A DNA stretch of 54,456 nucleotides, from positions 1-54,456 of IMG/VR virus record IMGVR_UViG_3300027898_000010, one strand, 5' to 3'. The stretch is from a virus. Its lineage: Duplodnaviria; Caudoviricetes. Positions within the stretch are counted from its first letter, which is position 1, and every line of letters begins with the position of its first letter. The position numbers and the translations under genes are program-made. The notes under the pieces were generated by a model that worked only from the letters and a program-made list of their open reading frames with translations, was not told the DNA's origin and did not search any database. Below, one piece after another: positions 18,471 through 28,448 of the stretch.

Positions 18471-20602
18471 TGCGGGTAACCTTTCGGGTAGCGCGGGGCA
18501 CCGTTGAACTGGCCGCCGCCGGACCGCGGCTGGAAGGTGGAATGGTGGGCCGGTTGACTGGAATTATTTTCCACGCTATTATCCTCCCTGAAGGCGTTGG
18601 TGGCAGCGCCTGCTCCGACCATCATAGGAACAGCCAGCGTGCCCTTGCCAAACATACTCTGCCATTCGGCCTCGGTCCTAGGTGGGCGTCCGTTGGCAGC
18701 GACAAAGCTGTCTACGTTTTTGTTGGTTTGGGATGTTCGTCCGTTGATATTTTTGATTGAGCCACCAGCAGAGCCGACTGCGCGCTGAATTGTATCGTTG
18801 AAAGCTGTCGTTGGAATTCTTCCGCCAGCTTGTTGAATCTGATCAGCATACTTCATGCGGATCATTTCCCGGAGAGGATCGGATGGACCAGGGTAAGCTG
18901 CACCAAGTGAGGGACCGGGCGTCTGAGTTGACTGTTGATTTGATAAATCTCCTTGAGTCTGTGTCGCCTGACCTGCGCCGGGAGCTACTGGAGGAGTTCC
19001 TGGACCATTTGCTGGAGGTGATCCCGGACCTTGATGCGCCGCCGGAACCACCGAAGAACTACCGCGTTGACCCTGACCCGACGGCACCACGTTGGCCACA
19101 GCAGGTTTAGGATTATCTGAAGGCCCTGACGCCTGACCAATTCGCGTTTGAGATTGCGCGGCTGGAGACCCAGCTTGGCCCGGATGAAGACGAGGATCTG
19201 GAACCTTGCTTCGAGCGACAGCCGCTTCTGAGTGCGCATCCCATGCGGCGGCAGGCTTGACCATCCAATCGCGGAGCTTCGCGCCAGCAACACCCTCCAG
19301 GCCGCCGGTTCCGGCTGCTACTGCCAATCTCTGAAGTCCCGTTACCCCTAGAACGGCCTCCATGGCTCGGCTTTGAACGGAGTCTTTATCGCTGCCGAGG
19401 CTATCCGCGTAGGCTTTGGCTTGCGCCTTCTCGTTCCCGTCAGGAAGCAGGGCGGCGTATTTTTCGTAAGCCTTTTTATCAACGTTGTAGTTTGGCCCGA
19501 CAGCCATATTCACGCCCTCGGGGAACTGCTCTGCGAGGTACATCGCCCCCGTACCGGCAGCCGCTGGCATGACATACTTGTCGACGACCAAATTGGTTGG
19601 ACCCGATGCAGCCCGCGAAGCATACCCGAGCCCAATGGCAGCCGGAACACCAGCGACAAGCGGACCAGCGATCTCCCCGTAGGTTTTGCCAAAGTTCGTC
19701 TTCTTGAAATCGAAGTTGTTTTTAAGCTCGTCGTCGCGTGCAGTTTCCGCGACGCGGACTTGTCGCTCCCTGGCTGCCTTCGCCGCCTCTCGTTCATTGC
19801 CACCTTTCGCCGACTCACGGTCAACAACCGCCTTGGCAATGGCAGCGGCATCATCATGCCAGCCCTTGCGCTGCAACGTCGTGATGCTGCTGTCTGCCGG
19901 CTGATTGAACTGCTGCATGAGATAGCGATATTGCGTGTTCTCGGCAGGCGTTGCGCCAGGAAGATCGGGGATGCCGCTTGGCGCTTGGGGTGGTTGCTTT
20001 TTCGACGTATCCGCAGCGGCGGATGGAGCGATGCCACCGAGGTCTTTGACGCCTGCCGCAGCAAGGCCAGTAGCCCCAATCCCGAGCGCCGCCTTATATG
20101 CACCCAAGGAAGGAACCGTCATGGCGGTGTTGACGCCGGCAGCCGTTAGGTTGGGAATGGATGGATCTTGATAGGCGCGGTGAACCGACCCAACGACGTG
20201 TCCAAGATGGTCGTACTCGGCAGAGAGCACAGCAGACGCTGCGTTTTCTCCACGATTGGTCAGGCGCTGCTCAAGAGTGTCGTAATATCCTGCAGCTTTA
20301 AACGGATCGCGGCTCTCGCCGGGACCAGTACCGCGAAGCTCGGCCTGTCGCGGGCCGGGCGCCGGCAAGCGGTCGGGCGTCGCCTCCGACACGTCCGGAA
20401 AGCGCGGCTGGTTGCCGCCGTAGCGGTCCACCATCTCCTGTCCCGGAGATGCAGCGGGCGGCAAGCCACGCTCCGCACGCATCGCGTTGATGCGGTCGTA
20501 GTTGTCGGGAGGGTTCGACTGATCCTCCGCCATGTGCTGCGCGTGAAGCTGCGTGACGGCGTCGGCGAACCCGGGCCTGATCTGGGGAGACAAGTCAGCC
20601 AT
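18467..20602 (-). CDS. Probable internal virion/ejection protein
   Basis: 711 aa, Ala/Gly-rich, in the ejection-protein cluster. Confidence 0.65.
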   Translation of the reverse strand: MADLSPQIRPGFADAVTQLHAQHMAEDQSNPPDNYDRINAMRAERGLPPAASPGQEMVDRYGGNQPRFPDVSEATPDRLPAPGPRQAELRGTGPGESRDPFKAAGYYDTLEQRLTNRGENAASAVLSAEYDHLGHVVGSVHRAYQDPSIPNLTAAGVNTAMTVPSLGAYKAALGIGATGLAAAGVKDLGGIAPSAAADTSKKQPPQAPSGIPDLPGATPAENTQYRYLMQQFNQPADSSITTLQRKGWHDDAAAIAKAVVDRESAKGGNEREAAKAARERQVRVAETARDDELKNNFDFKKTNFGKTYGEIAGPLVAGVPAAIGLGYASRAASGPTNLVVDKYVMPAAAGTGAMYLAEQFPEGVNMAVGPNYNVDKKAYEKYAALLPDGNEKAQAKAYADSLGSDKDSVQSRAMEAVLGVTGLQRLAVAAGTGGLEGVAGAKLRDWMVKPAAAWDAHSEAAVARSKVPDPRLHPGQAGSPAAQSQTRIGQASGPSDNPKPAVANVVPSGQGQRGSSSVVPAAHQGPGSPPANGPGTPPVAPGAGQATQTQGDLSNQQSTQTPGPSLGAAYPGPSDPLREMIRMKYADQIQQAGGRIPTTAFNDTIQRAVGSAGGSIKNINGRTSQTNKNVDSFVAANGRPPRTEAEWQSMFGKGTLAVPMMVGAGAATNAFREDNSVENNSSQPAHHSTFQPRSGGGQFNGAPRYPKGYPQ
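18554..18582 (+). promoter_or_regulatory. Antisense promoter TTGACT-17-TATTAT with operator TGGAA-TTATT-TTCCA (18559-18573)
   Basis: Near-consensus sigma70 elements at 17-nt spacing; same TTGACTGGAA start as the early promoter at 2736. Confidence 0.65.
18883..19110 (+). CDS. Nested antisense gene, 75-aa acidic amphipathic helical protein
   Basis: GGAGAGGA at 18871-18878 before ATG; MDQGKLHQVRDRASELTVDLINLLESVSPDLRRELLEEFLDHLLEVIPDL...; downstream of the 18554 promoter. Confidence 0.5.
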   Translation: MDQGKLHQVRDRASELTVDLINLLESVSPDLRRELLEEFLDHLLEVIPDLDAPPEPPKNYRVDPDPTAPRWPQQV

Positions 20603-23238
20603 CAGCGTGCTCCCTGCAAATCTTCGGTGGATCGTCGCGACGCGATAGGAACCCCGTAGGTCAGCGCCGGGTTGCGGGTGAACGGGTCGATCCGCTGCGT
20701 CTGCTGCCGGTTCGCCTGGAAACCGTCGAAGATGCGCCGCAGCTCGTCAATCCCCTGGCGGCTCATCAGGTTGTTGGTGGCGTCGTTGCGTTGCCGCTGC
20801 GCCTCTCCGGAAACCATTTCAACCAAGTGCTGACCCGCCTCGCCGAAGCGGCCATGGAGGAGCGCTCCGCCCGCGTTGATGGCGGCGTTGCCCTTGGTCA
20901 TGCGGGCGATATTGTAGGCGGTATCGGAATTGCCATAAAGCGTGTTGCCGAGCTGAGTTTGAAGCTTCACGTTATGGAGCGCGCTGATCACGTTGGACCC
21001 GGCATCCCGCCCGAGCACGGTCATCAGGCGAGCTTTGCCCTCGGCAGAGAGAAGCTGATTGATGACGCCGGACGGGTTGCCGTTGGGCGCGCGGTAGATC
21101 GCCTGCGCGATGGCCTCGCCCCACGAGGAGCGGAACTCGTTGACGATCTCTCGGGAATTGGTGGCTCGCGCCTCGGCTTGGTTTAGGTCAGCACGGCTAG
21201 GTCGATCGGCGATTGAGCCGTTTTGAAACCGGGCCTGAGCCGCATTGAACCGCATGGTCTCGCGGCGCATGTCGAGGTCGGTCTCGCGGAGGCGCTGCTG
21301 GGCCTGCTGATAGAACTGCAGGCTCGGGTGGTTGCGGTCGCCTGCTGTGACGGGGAGGCTTGCTCCCTGTTCGGTCGCGTCCATGATGCCGCGGATGCGC
21401 GCGAAATTGGTCCGCAGCTCATGGTGGGGGGCGAGGAGCTGATCGGCCTGGCCGGAGAACCACTCCTTCAGCTGGCGGGCCTGCAGGGCGATGCTCGGGT
21501 CCTGGCCCATCTGCGGCTTTGAGTTAAGCACCAGGTCGTGGTGGATGTCCACGAGCTGGCGCGGCGTTAGGTACTGCTGTCCCTCGGTCGAGGCGGTGCC
21601 GTCAGACGGGCGCCACGCCGGCCGGCCGGCACCGCCGTTGCGGATCTGCTCGGCATTTGCCGCGTACTCTAGTGCCCGCCTGAAGACGGGGTTCGTTTCC
21701 ATCCCGCCGAAGCTCGGAACGTTGACCATCGGCTCACGGGCTGTCGCGTCGTTGTATGCCTGCTTGGCGGCGTCCAGACGGGACCCGAGCGCCCTCTGGT
21801 CACCCATGCGGTCCTGCGAACCAAGTGCCGTCTCAACGCGGTCGGCGACTTGCTGCCCGAGTTGGTCCTTGCGCTCCATGAAAGCGGCACGGGCCTCGTC
21901 GGCTCCTGCACCATCCTGGCGAGCTGCATCGCGGGCGACGCGCTCCATGTTGGTGGCTGTGCGGACCTCGGGGCGCATCTCCACGGTCTGGCGCGCGAGC
22001 ACGTTGGCGGCAGCAAGGCGATTAGCGCGCGAAGCGACTGCGTCGGTCTGCCCGGCAATGGCGTCGACGTGGGAGCGGTCGATCAGTGGAGCGTTGGGGT
22101 TCGCTGGATCGACCGGAATCGCCCGCATCCGGCTCGCTACCTGGGCCGGGCTCTCCCCTTGGGCTAAGCGGTCAGCGATCAGGTTCGCGACATCCCCGTG
22201 CATCGTGTAGAGCGGGTTGCCCGTGGCCGGGTCTATATGAACGGGCGCCTGAACCGGAACCTCCGCTGGCAGGCGTGTGCTCTGCCGCACGGGACCGGCC
22301 TTGATGGCCTCCAACGGGTTCAGGTTATCGTACTGCGCGCGGATCGCCTGGTCCTGCGCGCCGATGTCGGCGACGTGCTCGGGGCGCACGGACGCCGAGC
22401 GTTGTGCGTAGTCGGCATGGATGGCGGCCGGGTCCTCTCCTGCCTGCAAGCGGTCGGCGATGTCGCGCGCCTCCTCCGGGCGCAGGCCCGAGTTCCGGGG
22501 CGGCTGCACGTTGACGCGCTCTGCCATTTGCGATGGCGTGACGCCGTCGTAGTCCATGGCGCGCATGACGGAATCGGTCGCGGCGCCACCCGGGTTGCGG
22601 AAGTCGGCGAGCGCTTGATCGGCGCCGGGTAAAACCTTGTGGTAAGCCCAGTTGGTGAGCCGCACGCCGTTGTGGATGACGGGCCCGAGGATGGCGCCGG
22701 TTGCGGCCCCCGTGACGCCCTCGCTGAACGCTTGGCCTGGGATGTCGGCGAGCGTCTTGTCGGGGTTCGTGATCGTGTCGCCGATGCCGTGGGCAAGCCC
22801 TTGAGCGCCTCCGACTTTGGCGCTGGTACGGGCGACCTGACCAAGCGTGTTCGCCTCCAGGTTCGGCAGGAGGGCCGTGCGGGCGGCCGCACGGACCGGG
22901 TTGGCGTAGCGCGCGAGCGCCGCGGGTCCAGCGACCTCGGGGACGGACGCAAGTGCGGCGCCCTGCCCAATCACACCCAGCGCATCGCCAGCAAACGCAC
23001 TCCAGGGGTTCTGATCGCGGCCGGCGTTCAGGCGTTCGCGGCCAAGCGCGCCGTTGGCGAGCCCGAAGGAGCCCGTGTCGGCGGCGGCACGTCCAACGGT
23101 CTCCAGCATGCCGACCTTGGGCTGGGCAGGTGCCCCGAGGCCGCTGGCATGCGACATGACCTCGTGGATGGTGTCGGTATCGGTGTTGTCGGGGAAGTTG
23201 ATGGTGAGACCGTTCGGCCCGTTGACGGTGATGGTCAT
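20602..23238 (-). CDS. Large DNA transfer/ejection protein
   Basis: 878 aa, Ala/Gly/Arg-rich; N-terminal ITVNGPNGLTINFPDNT motif typical of such proteins; P22 gp16-like position. Confidence 0.7.
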   Translation of the reverse strand: MTITVNGPNGLTINFPDNTDTDTIHEVMSHASGLGAPAQPKVGMLETVGRAAADTGSFGLANGALGRERLNAGRDQNPWSAFAGDALGVIGQGAALASVPEVAGPAALARYANPVRAAARTALLPNLEANTLGQVARTSAKVGGAQGLAHGIGDTITNPDKTLADIPGQAFSEGVTGAATGAILGPVIHNGVRLTNWAYHKVLPGADQALADFRNPGGAATDSVMRAMDYDGVTPSQMAERVNVQPPRNSGLRPEEARDIADRLQAGEDPAAIHADYAQRSASVRPEHVADIGAQDQAIRAQYDNLNPLEAIKAGPVRQSTRLPAEVPVQAPVHIDPATGNPLYTMHGDVANLIADRLAQGESPAQVASRMRAIPVDPANPNAPLIDRSHVDAIAGQTDAVASRANRLAAANVLARQTVEMRPEVRTATNMERVARDAARQDGAGADEARAAFMERKDQLGQQVADRVETALGSQDRMGDQRALGSRLDAAKQAYNDATAREPMVNVPSFGGMETNPVFRRALEYAANAEQIRNGGAGRPAWRPSDGTASTEGQQYLTPRQLVDIHHDLVLNSKPQMGQDPSIALQARQLKEWFSGQADQLLAPHHELRTNFARIRGIMDATEQGASLPVTAGDRNHPSLQFYQQAQQRLRETDLDMRRETMRFNAAQARFQNGSIADRPSRADLNQAEARATNSREIVNEFRSSWGEAIAQAIYRAPNGNPSGVINQLLSAEGKARLMTVLGRDAGSNVISALHNVKLQTQLGNTLYGNSDTAYNIARMTKGNAAINAGGALLHGRFGEAGQHLVEMVSGEAQRQRNDATNNLMSRQGIDELRRIFDGFQANRQQTQRIDPFTRNPALTYGVPIASRRSTEDLQGAR

Positions 23239-23672
23239 TTGAGCGCCCCCCAGCCCTTTAGCAGGATGCGCACGTCTTCAACTGAGCGAGCGAGAGCATA
23301 GACGCCGCCTGCCTGCACCCAGAGCTCGGCAACATCCCACTGGACATCCGAGACTCGCCCCTTGGTGGTTTTAAGCTCGATGCCATGCGCGCGACCGTTG
23401 ATGATAATGACGAGGTCCGGAATGCCAGCAACAACGCCCATGGCCTTGAAGCGAGCGCCCTGCGCCTTGGATCTGGCCCCTCCATTGGCAGGATGGAACA
23501 CAAGCACGTCCTTGCGCACAGCAGCCGCGACGAAGCGCATAACGGCGATTTGCAAGTCGTCTTCTTCGTGCCGGCGGGGCTTCTTCGGCATGCGCGTGAT
23601 GTCACCCAGCGCAGTCTTGATGCGCTTAGCAAAGCTCGAGTTCGGATGGATATCCTCCAGGTTGACCCTCAT
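23235..23672 (-). CDS. VRR-NUC (PD-(D/E)XK) nuclease
   Basis: EEDDLQ...FHPANGG...GVVAGIPDL...IELKTTKGRVSDVQ. Confidence 0.85.
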   Translation of the reverse strand: MRVNLEDIHPNSSFAKRIKTALGDITRMPKKPRRHEEDDLQIAVMRFVAAAVRKDVLVFHPANGGARSKAQGARFKAMGVVAGIPDLVIIINGRAHGIELKTTKGRVSDVQWDVAELWVQAGGVYALARSVEDVRILLKGWGALK

Positions 23673-25345
23673 CGCTCAAGGGTTCCTTCAGCCCGGACGG
23701 GTTGTTGCCCCTGAGCGCCGTACATGAGTTCATGTATTTTGCGTTGCACGGTCGTCATCTTGCTTCGGTCGGCGCCGCGCGTGAACGCTGCGGTCGGGTC
23801 TGCGGCAGGTGGCGCCGGGCCGGGAGCGGTGGTGGCGCCTGCCGTTGGGGCAGGTGCGGCCTGGCCTGGGCTCCAGTCGACGATGGTATTGCCCTTGTCG
23901 TCCTTGCGGGCGTTGGTAAAGCCGCCGGGGCCGGCATAGGCCTTTGCCTCGCCTGCGGGGGCTGCAGGCGAGGCTGGTGCGCCAGGATGCGCCAGCTGAT
24001 GGACGCCCTGATAATTTTGGGTCGTCAAGTGGTGGGTCAGCGAGAAGCTTTCTATAGCATCATCGAGCACCTGCGCCGCTTTATCCCGGTTCGACGCGGT
24101 CATGAACAGGCCCGCTGCGCGACCGGCGATGGCCTGCGACGTATCGGAGCCGCCAGAACCACGTGACGCCATCTGCAGCACTTCAAGCTGGTGCTGCAGG
24201 CGGAGCCCAAGCTGACGCGCTTCAGCGGCTCGAGTGCCCCCGAGCTTCTCCATGACGGCCTGATAATTCGGATTCGATGCGATATAGCCGACTGCCGCGT
24301 TGGCGACATCGGGGGGAGCCTCGGCGAGAATACGCTTCAAGCTTTGAAGCACGGCAACCTGCTCGCCGCCGTGGACCTGCTCGATCTCAATGTCGCCGTC
24401 CTTTTTGGCCGCGTTGACGTCCTTGGCCTTCTGGTAGGCCGTAACCGTGTTGATCACGTCGGGGTGCATCCCGTAGGCATCTCCGATCATGGCCATGCGG
24501 CCGGCCTCAGTGATGGCGGGCGGGCGTTGGCCGCGACCTGGCGCAATCGCGCCGCCGATGGCCGTCGTCGATCCAGGTGGGGTTGGGTCCGGCGGGAACG
24601 GGCTCGTTGCAGACCCGGTTGGCGCGAGCGTGATGCCGGGAACACCCGAGGCCTGCGCGGTTGCTGGCGGGCGTACAACGGACGCACCAGGCACGCCGGA
24701 AGGGGCGCCCTGCGACCGCAAAAGGTTGTCGAGGTAGGCTTGGTTCTGGTTCGGGGGCACGTTCACGCCCATCGCGGCCAAGCCCTGTGTCTTGAGGGCC
24801 TGCGCGAGGATCGGGTTTTCCTTCAGGGCCTTTGCATTGGTCTCGCCGATATCGGCGCGGCCCTTTTCGAGCGCCTGCTTTTGAATCTCATAGTTCGATA
24901 GCATCTGCGCGCGCTTCTGCCCCGTCTGCCAGTCCTCGCCGGGCTGCTGGAACGTCGACGGGTCGACACCGGCTGCCTGAGCGCGCTGTAGCGCGAACTG
25001 GTACTCGTCCGGGTTCGCGGCGCGCGAGACGACGCCAGCCCACTGGTTCTGCCGCTCGCTGCTCTTGGCGGCAACGCCGAAGCCAGCGTCAAGCTGACCT
25101 CCGGAGAACAGCGCGTTTTGGGCGCCCGAGAAGTCACCCTTGGAAGCGAGGCGCCCGGCCTCCTTCGTGTTGGCGTAGACTTCGGCCTCGCGGTCGGCCT
25201 GCACTTGCGCGCGGCTGTCTGCGTGGTTGGCACGGTCATTCGCCTGCGAGGCGTTGAAGGCGGAGTTGAAGTTTTGAGCGGCGTTGGAAGGTTGGATCGT
25301 GCCGACGGTGGGGCCAGCGTGCCAATCCGTGCTGATGTCACCCAT
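23669..25345 (-). CDS. DNA transfer/ejection protein (gp20-like position)
   Basis: Ala/Gln-rich; GAGG RBS; synteny. Confidence 0.65.
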   Translation of the reverse strand: MGDISTDWHAGPTVGTIQPSNAAQNFNSAFNASQANDRANHADSRAQVQADREAEVYANTKEAGRLASKGDFSGAQNALFSGGQLDAGFGVAAKSSERQNQWAGVVSRAANPDEYQFALQRAQAAGVDPSTFQQPGEDWQTGQKRAQMLSNYEIQKQALEKGRADIGETNAKALKENPILAQALKTQGLAAMGVNVPPNQNQAYLDNLLRSQGAPSGVPGASVVRPPATAQASGVPGITLAPTGSATSPFPPDPTPPGSTTAIGGAIAPGRGQRPPAITEAGRMAMIGDAYGMHPDVINTVTAYQKAKDVNAAKKDGDIEIEQVHGGEQVAVLQSLKRILAEAPPDVANAAVGYIASNPNYQAVMEKLGGTRAAEARQLGLRLQHQLEVLQMASRGSGGSDTSQAIAGRAAGLFMTASNRDKAAQVLDDAIESFSLTHHLTTQNYQGVHQLAHPGAPASPAAPAGEAKAYAGPGGFTNARKDDKGNTIVDWSPGQAAPAPTAGATTAPGPAPPAADPTAAFTRGADRSKMTTVQRKIHELMYGAQGQQPVRAEGTLER

Positions 25346-25357
25346 GGTTCACATCCC

Positions 25358-26104
25358 TCATAGAAACGCCGCAAGGAACGAGGCTGGGTTGCTGCCGCCG
25401 CTCGAACCACCAAGGCCGCTGGCAAAGTCACCGAGGCCGCCCATGAAGGCATTCGCGCTGTTGATCGTTCCCGCAGCCTGCGCGTTCGCGGAGCCGATAT
25501 GGGAGCTAGCCAGGCCGCCGGTCAGGTTGTTCTGGTTGCCGATGAAGGCATTACCCGTCGTCCATTGGTTCGTGGCGTCAGCGCCGCCCTGGCTGGTATA
25601 TGAGCCCGCTATCCCCTTCGTCGCGTCAAGCCCGGCGTTCACGATCGGCGCCATGCCTTGCAGCTGTGCGGTCGTGTATTGCTGGCCGTAGCGGTTGGCG
25701 TTGTCTTGCAGCGCGCGAGCCTCGGCGCCAGACCCGAGCTTGCCGTCGCCGTACTGTGCGGTGGTCGAATCCATGGCGTATTTGTTGCCGGCCTGGAAGA
25801 TCGGCGATTGCATCATCGCTGTCTGCGCGGTCGATTGCGCACCCGAGCCGTTCGCGCCCGAAAGGTTGGCATAGTTGGTGAAGGCCGTCTGACCGGTATC
25901 GGCGACGGGCTGCATCGTTCCGCGGTAGTTCGAAAATCCGTTGTCGAGGTAGTTTAGGGCCTTTGCCGATGTGTCCTTGATCGTGCCCTGGTTGGCATCG
26001 AAGCCCTTCTGATAATCGCCGGCAGCTTGCTGATAGCCAGCCGACTGCTGGGCCGCGGCGTCGCTGGCCGCGTTGCTGCCAAAAAATGCGTCGAACAGGC
26101 CCAT
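25358..26104 (-). CDS. DNA transfer protein (gp7-like)
   Basis: MGLFDAFFGSNAASDAAAQQ...SPIFQ...GSGAEARAL...AQAAGTIN pattern. Confidence 0.75.
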   Translation of the reverse strand: MGLFDAFFGSNAASDAAAQQSAGYQQAAGDYQKGFDANQGTIKDTSAKALNYLDNGFSNYRGTMQPVADTGQTAFTNYANLSGANGSGAQSTAQTAMMQSPIFQAGNKYAMDSTTAQYGDGKLGSGAEARALQDNANRYGQQYTTAQLQGMAPIVNAGLDATKGIAGSYTSQGGADATNQWTTGNAFIGNQNNLTGGLASSHIGSANAQAAGTINSANAFMGGLGDFASGLGGSSGGSNPASFLAAFL

Positions 26105-26107
26105 GGC

Positions 26108-26290
26108 TCACCCTACCTTCTTTTGCAGAGCGGCGACCTGATCGCTGAGCGTGTTGATCGTGGTGGCCATGCGGGTGAAAAGTCCGAGCCACGCCTGATT
26201 GAGATTGCCGTCTGGCCCGGTCACCTTGAGGTCGTTGGGAACCACAAGGCGGGTGCCCCGCGCAAGTGCGGCGGAGGTCGGATTAGCCAT
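26108..26290 (-). CDS. Small virion protein, 60 aa
   Basis: GAGG RBS; DGNLNQAWLGLF followed by a short coiled coil. Confidence 0.6.
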   Translation of the reverse strand: MANPTSAALARGTRLVVPNDLKVTGPDGNLNQAWLGLFTRMATTINTLSDQVAALQKKVG

Positions 26291-27020
26291 AGGGGCCTCG
26301 CTGGGTGAATGCGGAGAAGTTCGGCGCGGCAGCCGTCTGGTTCTGCATCTGATAGATTGGCGACGAGGGCTGCTGCGCCAGCGGCAGCGGCTTCTGCTGC
26401 TTCTTCGGGTCGCTCGATGACGGAGATCGGAACGCATTGTCAGCCTGCGTCTGGCCGCCGTTCTGCCAAGGCAGCGTCTCGGGCGAAGGCGAGTTGCCGT
26501 AGGTCGGCAAGGACAGCGTCGGCAGCGTGCCATCGGAAGCGACGGTGCTTTGTCCCACGTTGCTGATGTCGCCAAGGCTAAGCAGCGCTTCGGGGTCCAT
26601 GCCCGTTCCTCCAGAGGTTGGGTTGCTGAACCAAGAGGCCTCAGCCACGCGGCGATTATGCAAGCCCGGCAGCACATCGCCTCCGGCCTTGTCGTATTGG
26701 AGGAAGCGCTGTCGAGCGGCATCGTAGTCACCCGACTGAACGGCCTGCCCGAGGCCGCCATTCGTCCACTTGGTGCCGGAGTTGTAGGTCAGTGAGGTCA
26801 GCGCCTGCTTAACCCCCTCGGGGGCGTTGGGAGCGAAGCGCTCGACAGAAGATCGGGCATTCGCGATCTCGGCCTGGAAGCGACGCTCGGCCTCGGCGCG
26901 ATCAATGACCTCGCCAGGGTAGCGGGCCTTGGTGCCGTAGCCGTTTGAGTTCTGGGCATAGTCCCACTGCGCGCGGGGCGCAAACCCCTCGAACTGCTTG
27001 ATCTGCCCCAAATAGTTCAT
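26283..27020 (-). CDS. Virion-associated lysozyme (GH24) with low-complexity tail
   Basis: IKQFEGF...SNGYGT...ALTSLTYNSG...KAGGDVLPGLHNRRVAE. Confidence 0.85.
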   Translation of the reverse strand: MNYLGQIKQFEGFAPRAQWDYAQNSNGYGTKARYPGEVIDRAEAERRFQAEIANARSSVERFAPNAPEGVKQALTSLTYNSGTKWTNGGLGQAVQSGDYDAARQRFLQYDKAGGDVLPGLHNRRVAEASWFSNPTSGGTGMDPEALLSLGDISNVGQSTVASDGTLPTLSLPTYGNSPSPETLPWQNGGQTQADNAFRSPSSSDPKKQQKPLPLAQQPSSPIYQMQNQTAAAPNFSAFTQRGPYG

Positions 27021-27032
27021 CTGCCCGCTGCC

Positions 27033-28448
27033 TCACGAAACTCCCGGTTGCCCGTTCACAAGAGCCGCCATCACGCACCGCGCGACGGGGGCTGGAATGG
27101 AAAGCTCGACCGTGCACCCCGCCCGTTGCCAAGTCCCAAGCTGCCTCCAGATGACCCGGCGTGTCTGGCCAGATCGTCCTAGGCTTTGGGGGACCGGGCC
27201 AAACCAAGTCCGGCCGCCGTCTTCGCTCAATCTGAGCATCACCACCGGCTCGTCAATCTCACCCTTGCCGGTATTCTGGCCAACTGCGGTAATGATGTCG
27301 GCGTGCAGCGAGTAGATGGTAAGCGGAGCCGGCCAGGGGTGGTCGATGTTCGTAACGAGGCGCATCACGAGCGGCTCGTCGCCGTCGTAGCCGTAGTCCT
27401 TGTCGAGCGCGTAAAGCTGCCCCGTCGCGATATCGCCGACAACGAGCTTCCCGCCGAACTCGACGGCGCCAACGCCACGCCAGCGGTTGCGCAGGTGCGT
27501 CTTGCGCTCGGTCCATTGCTGGGTTTCGAGGCTGTAGCGCAGGGTGAACGACGACCCGCTGACCTCGTAATAGGCCTGACCCGCGAGCGTGTAGGCCTGC
27601 GCCACGAGAGACGACTTGTCGGGCTCGGCTTCGATCATGCGCGACACGAAGGGCGTCGAAATATCGACCGGCTCGTAACCCTGCGCCATGCGCACGTTAT
27701 TCTCGTTGTCGACCCAGAAGATGCGGTCCTTCACTTCTGCAATCGAGGCCGCGGAATAGGTGCCATAGGGGCGGGAGCCACCGCCCTGACGCGAGAAGGG
27801 GTCGTCGGTGTTGTCGGTCGGCGACCACACCTCAACCGAGGTCGCACCGATAAGCCAGACCTCGGCGCGGCGGGTCCAGATCCCGACGATGCCGTCAGGG
27901 GCACCCTCGTCGTTGTAGAACGATAGGCCGCCAACGTTCATTGAGTTGATGTCGGAGTAGGTAAACCGGCCATCCGAGTGCACGTACACGAAACGGCCGC
28001 GCACAAACGCCACGTCGACCGGGGGCGGCAGGGCGTCGGAAACGTACTGCGTCAGCACGCCATTCTTGAGATACCAGACCAGCCCCTCGCTCACGATGAC
28101 GACGTCCGGCACTGCCAGCCGGTTCAGGGCAAACCGCACATGGTCGAAGCCCGGCAGGATTCCTACCTCTCGGAAGCTCCAGTTCGGATTGATCGCATAG
28201 AGCGCTTGGCCAGACACGACATAGAGCACGTTGCCGATCTTCTTCGAGCCCCGGTAAGGCCCCGTTGGCAGCAACGGCATGCCGGTGGGGTTGAGGCCGG
28301 GAGCCGCATAGAGGGCAACCGGGTTCTTCGCGTTCTTGCCCAGCGGCTCGGCATAGGCATTCTCAACGCTGCAACTATTATCCAACAAAAATCGACCTCT
28401 GTTTGAACTGAGGCCGAAACTTAGCGGGATGGGAGCGATGCCTTCCAT
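27033..28448 (-). CDS. Packaged-DNA stabilisation/tail hub protein (P22 gp10-like)
   Basis: Beta-propeller-like; VMLRLSEDGGRTW...GRSGQTRRVIWRQLG. Confidence 0.85.
   Translation of the reverse strand: MEGIAPIPLSFGLSSNRGRFLLDNSCSVENAYAEPLGKNAKNPVALYAAPGLNPTGMPLLPTGPYRGSKKIGNVLYVVSGQALYAINPNWSFREVGILPGFDHVRFALNRLAVPDVVIVSEGLVWYLKNGVLTQYVSDALPPPVDVAFVRGRFVYVHSDGRFTYSDINSMNVGGLSFYNDEGAPDGIVGIWTRRAEVWLIGATSVEVWSPTDNTDDPFSRQGGGSRPYGTYSAASIAEVKDRIFWVDNENNVRMAQGYEPVDISTPFVSRMIEAEPDKSSLVAQAYTLAGQAYYEVSGSSFTLRYSLETQQWTERKTHLRNRWRGVGAVEFGGKLVVGDIATGQLYALDKDYGYDGDEPLVMRLVTNIDHPWPAPLTIYSLHADIITAVGQNTGKGEIDEPVVMLRLSEDGGRTWFGPVPQSLGRSGQTRRVIWRQLGTWQRAGCTVELSIPAPVARCVMAALVNGQPGVS

Noticed and set aside
18597-18788. 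63-aa + strand ORF just after the antisense promoter
   Set aside because: It is the codon-aligned antisense of the host gene, with no independent coding signal.
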